NCBI RefSeq assembly: GCF_963921235.1
Contig: NC_086097.1
Coordinates: forward strand, 137,270,001 to 137,334,000
Reading direction: 5' to 3'
DNA: 64,000 bases
DNA from: Mobula hypostoma
Lineage: Eukaryota
Part shown: one piece after another, positions 12,726-24,282 of the stretch
How the letters are laid out: every line of letters begins with the position of its first letter
Position numbering within the stretch: position 1 is the stretch's first letter
The notes under the pieces: generated by a model
The model's input: only the letters and a program-made list of their open reading frames with translations
Databases searched by the model: none
Told to the model about the DNA's origin: nothing
Position numbers and translations under genes: made by a program

Positions 12726-13715
12726 AGGTGAACCCTGCCACTCTTGCAATGCGAGCTTTAGTAGAAGGGTCCTTTGTGCTGGAGCGTGAATCTAATCTGA
12801 AATACCAGTTTGGCTCACTGGGAGTTCTCATATCTGTGAAAGCAAAAGATAAAAACAGAAAATAATGAGCAAGTCCGGTTGCATGCATGAGAAGAGAAAC
12901 AGAACATATCAAACTAAGGACCCCAGGTCACGACAGTCTGGGTTCACGCTGCAACTCCCAGGGTAGTTTAGAACCTCTCTGCGTTCTGAGCATGTATTAC
13001 TTTGTCCGGTACGCTTGACTTTACTGCATTCATTAGCATGAGGAACATTGCCTCCAGCTGGTCAGAATCAGAATTAGAATCAGATTTATTATCTCTGACA
13101 TAAATGATGTGAAATTTTAGTTCTGCAGTAGAAACACAGAGCAAAGTCATAGTATTAGAATCAGAAACAGATTTATGATCACTGCCATTCTGTACGCTAT
13201 GAATTTTGCTGTTTTATGGCAGCAGTAAAAATCTCTACAAGTTACAGACAATAAATAAACAAACAAAATACGTAGATAAATACAGTTGACAGACAGAAAG
13301 ATAAAGCAAAAGGAAGGAATAAAAATATAGTGCTCATGGGTTTATGCGTCATTCAGAAATCTGATGGCAGAAAGGAAGAAGCTGCTTCTGAACCAGTGAG
13401 TCCTCAAACTCCTGTCCCCCTCCCCAATGGATCGAATGAGTAGAAGGCATGTCCCCGATGGCAAGCGTCCTCAATGATGGACGCTGGCTTCTTGAGGTAC
13501 TGCCTCTTGAAGATGTCCTCAATGGTGGGATGGGTTGTGCCCGTGGTGGAACTGGCAGAGTCTACAGCCCTCTGCCCAAGGATTTATCCCTGACCTTCGC
13601 AGTTCCATCATACCAATCAGCAACGTGAGTCAGCTTCCATCAATGCCAATGATCCCATTTCTACCTTTGCCCTCCTTACATAATGCTTCCACTGTTTCTG
13701 TGTTGTTGGAATGTT

Positions 13716-14440
13716 TAGAACATAGAACATAACCCCTACCTTAAATTCCTCCATATACCTGTCTAGCAGTCTCTTAAATTTCACTAGCGTATCTGCCTCC
13801 ACCACTGACTCAGGCAGTGCATTCCACGCACCAACCACTCTCTGAGTAAAAAACCTTCCTCTAATATCCCCCTTGAACTTCCCACCCCTTACCTTAAAGC
13901 CATGTCCTCTTGTATTGAGCAGCGGTGCCCTGGGGAAGAGGCACTAGCTATCCACTCTATCTATTCCTCTTATCGTCTTGTACACCTCTATCATGTCTCG
14001 TCTCATCCTCCTTCTCTCCAAAGAGTAAAGCCCTAGCTCCCTTAATCTCTGATCATAATGCATACTCTCTAAACCAGGCAGCATCCTGGTAAATCTCCTC
14101 TGTACCCTTTCCAATGCTTCCACATCCTTCCTATAGTGAGGTGACCAGAACTGGACACAGTACTCCAAGTGTGACCTAACCAGAGTTTTATAGAGTTGTA
14201 TCATTACATCGCTACTCTTAAACTCTATCCCTCGACTTATGAAAGCTAACACCCTATAAGCTTTCTTAACTACCCTATCCACCTGTGAGGTAACTTTCAG
14301 GGATCTGTGGACATGTACTCCCTGATCTCACAGCTCCTCCACCCTACCAAGTATCCTGCCATTTACTTTGTACTCTGCCTTGGAGTTTGTCCTTCCAAAG
14401 TGTACCACCTCACACTTCTCCGGGTTGAACTCCATCTGCC
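13716..14440 (-). mobile_element. CR1 LINE 3' fragment
   Basis: ORF 13944-14282 (LYKTLVRSHLEYCVQFWSPHYRKDVEALERVQRRFTRMLPGL); (agaacat)n tail at the left end. Confidence 0.92.
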
Positions 14441-15132
14441 TGATAGTCAGCCATAGATTGGCCACAATCATCTCCAGTTAAAAATCGGAAAGACGGGACG
14501 CTCCGTGATTCAGTTCCCATTACCCAGCATCATCATGTTATTCCTTTATGCCAGACCTTGTCTCTCTGAACTATATTGCTTACAATCTACCTGTACTTGA
14601 TCCCAACAATCCTCTCTCACAAGAAAGGTAGCCTGGCTCCATCTCCATAATATTAACCCTCTAGCCAGGGATAATGTTATATTTGCCCAATATAACCCTC
14701 ATTGGTTCCTGGTGTCATTATTCTAAGTCCTCCTGCCCGCCTTCCATACGCTACCCTCCACACTGACCCCAGCTTGTTCCAACCTATACAGCCAGCCCTG
14801 TCTTTTATCATGCTCTCTTTGGCACCTGGTGCCAAATGCATGCCGTTTCAAAGACTCAGTTAAGCTTTGTATTTTTTTCTACAAAGGTTTCTTTCAAAGA
14901 ACTAATTTGCACTTGGTTGCAGGGCAATTTTTACATAACAGAACTATAACAGCTGTGTATGGTCTGCTGTTACAGGGGAAAGCCTCAGCAACCGCATCTA
15001 ACGAGAATCATAGTTTCTCTGGGTCATTCAACACACTGCTCTCTTCATACTTGCCATCAGTACTAATCCCAAGTTCCAACACTCCTTTGTCCTTTGTAGC
15101 CTCCTTTGTCATGGTGTTTCAAGTGCTAAATA

Positions 15133-16203
15133 CAGTCGACACATTAGGACCAGTATATTTTGGGCCATTAAGTGGCTGCCCTAATTAGCTGAGGTTTTAA
15201 TGGAAATAGTTAAAAAGGTATTAAGAAAACAAATCACCATTTTACTGAGTAACAAATTATGTATTTAAATTAAATACAGGATAAATTAGAGCACTACCAA
15301 TGCCAGTATCAGACGATGTCAGGAAGCCTGTGCAGGAGAGTTTTTAAAGTGGAAGAGGCATTGCACTGAGGCAGTTCCGCTCTCTTGATCTCGTAAGTCC
15401 GAGACCAGTGAGGCAAGCAGACTGGGGTCTCCCTTGGTTTCAGTGGATGACCATGACTGCTTCTGTTCCTTGCCATGCCCTCCACTCTCCACATAGCATT
15501 GCAGAACCGCCTTCCTGGTCATTGGATCTTACTGTAGATCTCAACTGCCCAGACCGCAGCAGCTGACTTTGCATGCTCGGACAGGCGTGTCCCTATCTCA
15601 CAGGGATATGAGACCTACTGGCCTCCCTCACCTGGTTTAGACTGCCTGTCGAAGCAGAGCACTGGGTGTGGCCACTATTGCACGCAAGCAGCTACTTGGA
15701 GCCACAGATGAGAGCCGAGTATCGGGTGGGGACCAAGTGTAATATTCAGGCTGATTGTTGATAACTTCAAAGCCTTTGTAGTTCCTAAATTGTTGAAGGA
15801 GTGAAATCGTTTCATTTTCACTCCCAGCTGTTTCTGGTATTTCCAAGTCTGAATGCTGGAAACCTCAGTGAGCAAAACAGTTCTGGATTGTCTTACTGCT
15901 TATTTCTTGCCAACTATCAGTGACAAAAATCACTGCTTTTTGAACACAAATACATGCAACTGATGCTATTTAAAAATTTTTTGCTCTAACCATGTGCAGT
16001 GTTTAATGGCCACACAAGTGCATGCGATTGACTGTAGATAGAAACCATTTGGCAACAGTCTCCTGTCCCAATTAAATAGAATAGTGTCCCAAATGAACAA
16101 AGGGAATCCTGGCTATTTTCTCAATTAGTTTTTGTCTTTAAGAGTTGTCTCAAATAAGTGGCTACCTCAATTATCCGATAGCCCAATTAATCGGAATCCA
16201 CTG
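15133..16203. mobile_element. pogo/Tigger-like MITE (TA-flanked), interrupted by another repeat at ~15308-15740
   Basis: ta|CAGT... and ...gcccaattaatcggaatccACTG|ta. Subterminal motifs (aagtggctgccctaatta / ccaattaa) recur. The left TIR is partly deleted. Confidence 0.55.
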
Positions 16204-17318
16204 TATTTTAAGATGCAAGGAAGTTACCTCCACCAACCTCTCAGGAAGTGTATTCCAGATTAGACCACATCTGAGTGAAGACATGCTTCCAAAAATCCCA
16301 TCTATATCTTCTATCCTTTAATTAAATCCATACCCTTTGCTCATAGGCACCTCTGCTAGAGAGAAAAAAATTCTCACTGGGTACCTTATCTGTGCTGTCC
16401 TAAGTTCAAATACTTCATTCCAGTTCCCTCTCAGCTTTTTCCTCTCCAAGGAAAAGAATCCCAGCCAATCCCTTCTCTCCTCTTACCTGAAATGCACTCC
16501 AATCCAAGCAAAACCTTGGCGAATTTCCTCTGCACCCTCTCACATCCTTCCTATAGTGTACAACTCAACTGCAAGAGGTAGCCCAACTAATTTAAGAAAT
16601 GGTACGAAAATTTACTCACACTCCTATTCTGTGTCCTGCCCAAGGAAGGCAAGCATTCATATGTTTTCTTAAGCACAATATTAACATGTACTGCTGCCTT
16701 CAGAGATTGTAGGACTTTGCTTCAAGGTTTCTCTGTACCACAATAGTTCTTGAGGTCCAACCATTCACCATGTATATTTTCGCTTCACTGGACATCTTAG
16801 AATGCATAATCCTACAATTTTAAGAATCATATTCTGCCCGCCCTATGGAATAGTTGAGACAAGTAGTAAGGGGAAGATAGATAAATATAAATGAGAAATG
16901 TACTGCTCATTCGTTTGAGTGGAACAGTTAGTAGAACTGCGGTCTTACACCTCCAGCGACCCCAGCTCAGTCATGTGACCATGGGGGTTCCCCCTCCCCC
17001 CCCATTGCTTCAGGTTCCTCTCACATCCCAAAGATGTGCAGGCTCATTGGTCAATTGGCTTCACTATGTTTCCCCTAGTGTCTGGATGAGTGGTAGAATC
17101 TGGTGAGAATAGGTTACGGGGTGGTTACAGTGTAGAAGAATGAGATTGTTTTGAGAGTTGACATTAACTGGATTGGCCAAAATAGTCTCTATGATGATAT
17201 GTGAAATAAAGTGAGGCTTTTGTGGACTTACTTCTGGGATATAAACCCTCTGCTGTTGCTGCTTATTTGTATTGAAATATTTTATGTTAAATATTATCTC
17301 TGCTTTTCTCATTCACCA

Positions 17319-17321
<3 letters not shown>

Positions 17322-17358
<37 letters not shown>
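17322..17358. repeat. (CA)n microsatellite
   Basis: Direct observation. Confidence 0.95.
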
Positions 17359-17360
<2 letters not shown>

Positions 17361-18656
17361 GACATTGTGCCTATAAAAAGTATTCACCCCCTTGGAAGTT
17401 TTCGTGTTTTATTGTTTTACAACATTGAATCACAGTGGATTTAATTTGGCTTGTTTTGATACTGATCAACAGAAAAACTCTTTTGTGTCAAACTGAAAAC
17501 AGATCTCTACAAAGAGGCCTAAATTAATCCAAATATAAAACACAAAATAATTGACTGCGTAAGTATTCACCCCTTTCAAATCAGTACTTTGTAGATGCAC
17601 CTTTGGCAGCAATTACAGCCTTGAGTCTGTGTGGATAGGTCTCTATCAGCTTTGCACATCTGAACACTGCAATTTTTCAGCATTCTTCTTTACAAAACTG
17701 CTCCAGCTCTATCTGAATGCTTGGGGATCGTGAGTGAACAGCCCTTTTCAAGTCCAGCCACAAATTCTCAATTGAATTGTGGTCTGGACTCTGACTTGTC
17801 CACTCTAGGACATTATCTTTGTTGTTTTTAAGCCATTCCTGTGTAGCTTTGGCTTTATGCTTGGGATCATTGTCTTGCTGGGAAAAGAAATCTTCTCCCA
17901 AGTTGCAGTTCTCTTGCAGACCTCATCAGATTTTCCTCCAGGATTTCCCTGTATTTTACTGCATTCATTTTACACTCTACCTTCACAAGCTTTCCAGGGC
18001 CTGCTGCAGTGAAGCATCCCCTCAGCATGATGCAGCCACCACTATGCTTCACGGTAGGGATGGTGTGTTTTGATGATGTGCGGTGTTTAGCTTAAGCCAA
18101 ACACGGTTTAGTCTGGTGGCCAAAAAGCTAAATTTTTGTTTCATCAGACCATAGAAGCTTCTTCCAGCTGATTTCGGAGTCTCACGCATGCCTCTGGCAA
18201 ACTCCTGCCAAGATTTCATGTGAGTTTTTTTCAGCAGTGTCTTCCTCTTTGTCATTCACCCATAAAGCTGTGACTGGTGAAGCACCCAGGCAACAGTTGT
18301 TGTATGCACAGTCTCTCCCATCTCAGCCACTGAAGCCTGTAACTCCTCCAGTATTGCCATAGATTTCTTGGTGGCCTCCCTCACTAGTCCCCTTCTTGCA
18401 CAGTCACTCTGTGTTTGAGAACGGCCTGCTTTAGGTAGATTTACAGCCGCGCCATATTCTTTCCATTTCATGATGATTGACTTAACTGTGCTCCAAGGCC
18501 ATTCAGTGATTTGGAAGTGTTCTGGTATCTATCCCCTGACTTGTGCTTTTTGTAGGGTTGCTTGGAGTGTTCTTTTTCCTTCATGGTGTAGTTTTTGCCA
18601 GGATACTGACTCACCAACAATTGGATCTTCCAGATACAGGTGTATTTTTATTACAA

Positions 18657-19031
18657 CACTCACAACACAATTGTGTTTTCTCCTATTCCTTCTTCACCTT
18701 TCCTGCCTATCACCTCCCTGCTTCCCCTCACCCACCCCTTTATGTTTTCCCCTATTCCTTCTTCACGTTTCCTGCTTATCACCTCCCTGCTTCCCCTCCC
18801 CCACTCCTTTACCGTTCCCCTTACTGGTTTTTCACTTGGAACCTACCAGCCTTCTCCTTCCCACCCTCCCCCTACCTTCTTTATAGGGCCTCTGCCCCTT
18901 CCCTCTTCAGTCCTGATGAAGGGTTCCGGCCCGAAACGTCGACTCATCTTTACAACGGATGCTGCCCGAGCTGCTGAGTTCCTCCAGCGTGTTGTGAGTG
19001 TTGCTTTGACCCCAGCATCTGCAGATTATTT
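18657..19031 (+). mobile_element. Penelope-like 3' fragment nested in Tc1
   Basis: Same pLTR sequence as 8902-9340 in the opposite orientation. Flanked by tgtatttttattacaa (18641-18656) / tgtatttttactacaa (19032-19047). Internal ~60-bp tandem duplication at ~18672-18810. Confidence 0.75.
18909..18944 (+). ncRNA. Minimal type-I hammerhead ribozyme motif in Penelope-like pLTR
   Basis: AGTC-CTGATGA-A-GGG-TTCCGG-CCC-GAAA-CGTC-GACT. The core and stems are identical to the 8964-8999 copy; only the stem-II loop differs. Confidence 0.65.
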
Positions 19032-19589
19032 TGTATTTTTACTACAATCAATTGAAACACCTCTACTGCACACAGGTCTCCATTTAACTAATTACGTGAC
19101 TTCTAAAACCAATTGGTTGCACCAGTGATGATTTGGTGTGCCATATTAAAGTGGGGGGAGAATACTTGTGCAATCAGTTAATTTGTGTTTTCTATTTGTA
19201 ATTAATTTAGATCACCTTATAGAGATCTGTTTTCACTTTGACACAAAAGCGTCTTTTTTCTGCCGTTCGGTGTCAAAAAAGCCAAATTAAGTTCACTGTG
19301 ATTCACTGTTGTAAAACGATAGAACATGAACAGTTCCAAAGTGGGTGGATACTTTTTAGAAGCACTGTATATGTTATATGTCATACTGTGGATGCTGGAA
19401 AACTGAAATATAAACTGAAATTGTGGAAACAGCGGGTCAGAAGACTTATGACCTAGTTAAAATTAATATTTCAAACCAATGTATTTTCCACCAGTCCTTT
19501 CCAAATGCTGCTGTAATGTGGGATGAGATTTATGTGAAGCAATAACCCACGTTTGACTGAATTATTGGTTTTCTTGTCTCTTTGTAAAG

Positions 19590-21080
19590 GTACCCGGACT
19601 TTCATTGAAGAGAAGGTTAAGGACAAAGCCCGTGGTTGCTTGTTGTTTCTTTACTGCCCTATCCATGACAGTGATAAATATTTTTCCATCGTTTCAGCTT
19701 GATGACAGTGTTTCTGGGCTTGATTATCAAGCTTTCGGCCAGTTACATGGAAAGTTGACTCAGAGAAGAACACTACGGAGAAACTCTGGCTCCGTCCCCA
19801 AGCAAACAAACACCTTCTACAGCCATGACAAGCTGTCACCAATGGAAAGGAGGCATCTCAGGAGGTGGCAGTCAAGTGATATGTTACACAACCTCTCAGA
19901 ACCAGCTCAGGAGAAAGACAACAACAGAGGAATGCCTAAAACATCGAGTGTATCAGAAGGTAGAGAAAAACTACCACAGAAAAGACTGAGATTCAGAAAG
20001 ATGATCATGTCTGGTGTCCTGAAAAGCTGGAGGCAGAAAACCAGCAAGGCTGCTGAACTGCCTCGGGCTGAAGAGTTCTCAAGGATTCCTCCAGTATTCC
20101 ATCCGTCCTTGGTAGAAAATGTAATTTTACAAGTTTCTAAGTCTGATGGAACCACAGTGGACTCCCAACATCCTGGGCAGCAGTCCAAAGTATCTTCTAT
20201 GTTGAATTATACAGCCATAATGAAGAATACACACTTGCCACAAATTCAATGCAAAACAGATATTCAGACCACCGGTGTCAATAAAAATGCTTTTCCACAG
20301 TTTAAACTCCCTATAAATAAGAATGGGAAGCCTATTAAAATGATCAGAGATAGTGAATCCAATGGAACAGGGAAAATCTTTAGCAGCAAAAGGATTCAGA
20401 AGCTGGATATGTCTTTGCCCAACAAGGGGAAAAGCAAGAGACACGGTAGTTCATTAATGAGAAGAAGGGCCCCAGAGCTAAAGACATGTGACAGTGTTGA
20501 GATTGGCCTACCAATGTCCAAGGCAGGAAGTAGTATTGGGCCCCAGGAGGATTCTGAACACTGGTTTGATTCGAGTGATATTGAGAAGATGAAGCTGTTA
20601 GCTAATGGTGCAGTGATTGCAAAGGCACGTGTACCAGGCCACGGACAAGTGATTAAAGTAGGCCTCAGCCTTCATTCTCCTATGGCAATCGATGACCTCA
20701 TGGAGTATTGTCAGCAGGGACCATGTGGTCTGATAAAGCGGCCCAGTGATCTCAATGAGGTGCTGGCTTTCCACTTGGACAGAGTGCTAGGTCTAAACCG
20801 GAGTCTGCCTGTGGTAGCCAGAAGATTTAGTGAAGAATTGCTGCCATATAGTTACACAAATGGAGCAGTTAGGCCAATTGTTTGGTGGGATGCAGACATT
20901 CAGCATATGGACGACCCTGACAATGACCAAAATTCATTTGCACTGAGCTGGTCTCAGTACCAGGCCGTGCTGAGACGGGAATGCAACATTGACAAGGCTC
21001 ATGGGAATCACAGCCAGCCCTGCCCTAGTGTGAGACACTCTGAGTGGGGCATGTTGGCTCTCTTTGACTTTCTATTACAG
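19590..21080 (+). CDS. GASK1A: GASK1A/FAM198A large coding exon (signal-anchor, long basic stem, N-lobe of Fam20-like kinase domain)
   Basis: Pyrimidine tract ttttcttgtctctttgtaaag|GTA at 19590 is in frame with ORF 19605-21098. Donor CAG|gtaagg follows 21080. 1491 nt, phase 0/0. The translation ([65 protein letters not shown]) matches my recollection of vertebrate FAM198A more closely than FAM198B. Confidence 0.93.
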
Positions 21081-21978
21081 GTAAGGTTCTGTTTTTAAGG
21101 GTTTCACAATCCTTTAACAAACTTAAAGAACGCACTTAGTTGGTAAATTTTCAGATCATGGGAATTCTTGCAATGCGAGGAGAAAGTACTGGAGCCAAGT
21201 CAAGAGTTAGCTGGCAGCTCTCACACGGAGGAATGTCGTATCAGACTAGATTACTGGCCTATGCAGCTGTACCCCCAAAGTTTCAGCAGCTGTACCATGT
21301 CACTCACAAGCTTAGTGAGGATGACTAACAGTTCGTATTCTTGAAAGTTAAAGAGCAATAAGCATGAAAAAGGCATCAAACAGGAGGATAATGGTTTGGG
21401 CAGTAGGACGTTTGGTGCGGAATCTCTGCCTCCCATGTATTCACAGTGGTGGGTACTTGGACAGGCTTGCCCATACTCAGTAACTTATACTGTCATGCCC
21501 TCTGGCACACTCATTTCAAGTCTTTGCAGTAGGAAACTGAGGTGGAAAAATATTAACTCATAGTTCCATAGTTCATAGTAACTCATAGTTAACTCATAGT
21601 ATGATTGGGATTACAATCTGTTTTATAGACTCATATGCTATATGACTCAAATTGGCTTTGAAATAGTTTGAGTTAACATGCAAGCATGTACCCATAGTAA
21701 TATACACATTAACCATCTGATACAAAGCCTTCGATTCACTTACTTGTATTTCACACACGTGACCTTACTCATGAGGTAAATCATATGCATTAACACACAC
21801 AAAGCCACATTCATTTACACACATCACTTGCACAAAATTACATCCTCATGGAATATGAGCACCATTAGCAAGGCTGACGTTCATAGTTCATCACCAACTT
21901 CTCCTGAACCAAGTCAATCTTTATGGTGTCATTTGCAGACAAACCAGATAGAGATAACACAGTTCCTTCCCTGAAGAG

Positions 21979-22567
21979 CACTGATCCCCAACCACCGGGC
22001 GGCAAAGCATGTGCTACCGGGCCGCGAGGAAACGATATGAGTCAGTGGCACCTTTCCTCATTCCCTGTCATGCCCGCTGTTGGAACTTGAACACACGCAA
22101 GGTCATTACATAAGGAACCCCCTTCAAGTATCGCTGTCTCCCATCACCCCTCGATGGGACAGTCTTGTTGCAGGAAAACAAGCCCAGGGCTCCCACTGAT
22201 TCAGCCATATTGGTGTGTTGCAATGATTTTATATGTTCATACGGGGAAAATATGCACTGTGTGTTTAATAGCTAAACGTTACTTAAAATGTTATGATGCT
22301 ATTGACTTATATAAGTGACTTATAATTGACTTATCACTATATTCATGTGAGGAAAATATGCAGTGTGGGTTTAATATTACATTCATTAGATAAACCCTTT
22401 TAGAAACAAAATTGAGTGTATTAGCCACTTATAAGTGACGCATAGTTGACTTACCACCTATATTCCGGTCGTGATTAACACCCCTTCCCCCACCCGGGTC
22501 GGCCGGTTCACAAGAATATTGTCAATATTAAACTGGTCCGCAGCGCAACAAAGGTTGGGGACCCCTG
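21979..22567 (+). mobile_element. hAT (Charlie/Buster-like) non-autonomous element
   Basis: Termini CACTGATCCCCAACC / GGTTGGGGACCCCTG. 8-bp TSD ctgaagag (21971-21978) / ctgaagaa (22568-22575). Internal remnant of the transposase C-terminus (SLSPITPRWDSLVAGKQAQGSH*) at ~22132-22199. Confidence 0.85.
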
Positions 22568-24282
22568 CTGAAGAACATTGGTGAGTAACATGAGTCTTTA
22601 TAACAATCAAGTAATTTTTACAGTCTGTTTATTCCATTTATTTAACTACAGAATATTTTATTCCATTCATTTAATTAAGTGGATTGATTTCAAGCATCTC
22701 CAGATCAATATCCTGGGTTTCTAGTTTGACCATCTGTGGCCCATTCACTTCTCTACCATACAGGGAGACCATTCACCACATGCCATCGATTCACAACTTA
22801 CACAGATCCTGACACAGTTAGGACAACTCACAAGACTACTTCAAGTTGTGACAGTTTCAGTGATTGACGTAAGTAGGAGCCAGAGTGCATCTCAGACTAC
22901 TAACTTTGCCTGTCCTCTGTGCTCTTCATTCACTGGAAAACCAATACAGAGAAGCCTGTGCTTATATGTCAGTGAATGCTGAACTGATTTTTTACATTGT
23001 GGGCAGTATTGCAGTCTAGTCAAATTGCATCCCGATTTGATCTTGACCACTTTCCTAAGTCCTGGTCCATTAGATGTGAACTCAGTGGGACCTCATTTTT
23101 CAGCGACAGGAAGATTAGCCACTGCTGCTAACAAACCAGAGTTGCTGTGGGTTAAAGAATTGAAATGACATGCACTTTACAAAATGGAAGGCTTCAGAAC
23201 CATGGAGCTTTTGGAAGCATGGGAATGATTTAATGGAATGAGTGTCTTTACTCGCATCACTAGGTGCAGTGGCCAGTGTCCAGTTCCATACGGGAGTGGA
23301 AGGAAGGAAAGAAGGAATACAACTGATTTCTAATCTTTCTCCCTTTGAGGGTGCAGGCACCATGCTCAGCTTCTTTCAGGGTAGCAAACTGGACAAATCT
23401 CCAGGTTCAGAAATTGGACTTATGCTGTTGAAGAAGGCTGAATTGAAACGATGTTTGCCCAGCAGAGGCTGCTTGTGCCAAAAGTACCAACCAATTACTC
23501 CAGGTTTGCCACTGCCCCTCCACTCAGTCTTTGGTTTGATATTGGCCCAACATGGTGTGAGGACAAATACTTGAAAATACACCATGGAGAATAAAAGAGT
23601 AACAAGGTTTGTTTGTAGCAGTTGCCAAATAACAATACCGAGACTGCCGCGGATATTAGAAGCTAAAAGAGTTGCAGTACAAGGCTGAAAACATAGCTGT
23701 TGAGTTAGTGCTGGGATTCATTAAATAGTATTTTAGACAAAGCTCTAGCCTGGAAATAATTCACTGATTAGTCACGATTCTGCATAGCAGACTTTAATTA
23801 CCATGACCAAATTCTGAAACAAACTTTCCTGATAACTTAAGTGAAACCCGATGTTCAAACGAACAACTGATAAAAAAACACATGCATTTCCCCACAGAGA
23901 ACCTAAACGTATCTACCTAACTACTCAAGGTGCCCACGATCCTCATGTCTAATATTTGATCAGAGAAATGAAGTTAATTCCCACCTCCACACACTTGGTA
24001 AGGGTTCTGTTCCAACTGTACATTATTTTGCTGGATCTGTGTGCAGCGTTGACTTCCTGTCCAAGGTACCTGTGGTCATGAGTCAGATTGTCTACACATT
24101 CTGCGGAGTTAATTCCTCCTGAGCAGACAGCTCCTTCTGAATGGGCAGTGGAAAATTAACTGTACTTTTACTTAAGGATGAGTAATTGCCTCTTCTCCAG
24201 AGTTGTCTTTCCTTACCACACTCACCATAAAACTCCAGGTAGGCTCTGCTAGTTTGGTGATAAGAGTAAATATGTTTAGTTA

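Larger units (their letters stand above)
17363..19367 (-). mobile_element. Tc1-family transposon fossil (IR/DR-type ~210 bp TIRs) with nested Penelope-like insertion
   Basis: The left end (...ctataaaaagtattcacccc...) is the reverse complement of the right end (...gggtggatactttttagaagcactg|ta). The AAGTATTCACCCC direct repeat occurs at both ends of the TIR. Frameshifted minus-strand transposase fragments: KWKEYG..VNLP, KHSGGCIM, QQDNDPKH...WTSQSPDHNSIENLW (DD34E). Left boundary approximate. Confidence 0.9.

Noticed and set aside
18470..19128. Overlapping Pro/Leu/Phe-rich ORFs (138-162 aa)
   Set aside because: They arise from the CT-rich Penelope pLTR and its tandem duplication, not from a gene.
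19605..21098. 497-aa ORF taken as a complete single-exon protein
   Set aside because: It starts at TTG and reads through the splice donor at 21081. It is one exon of GASK1A, and the C-terminal VRFCF is intronic.
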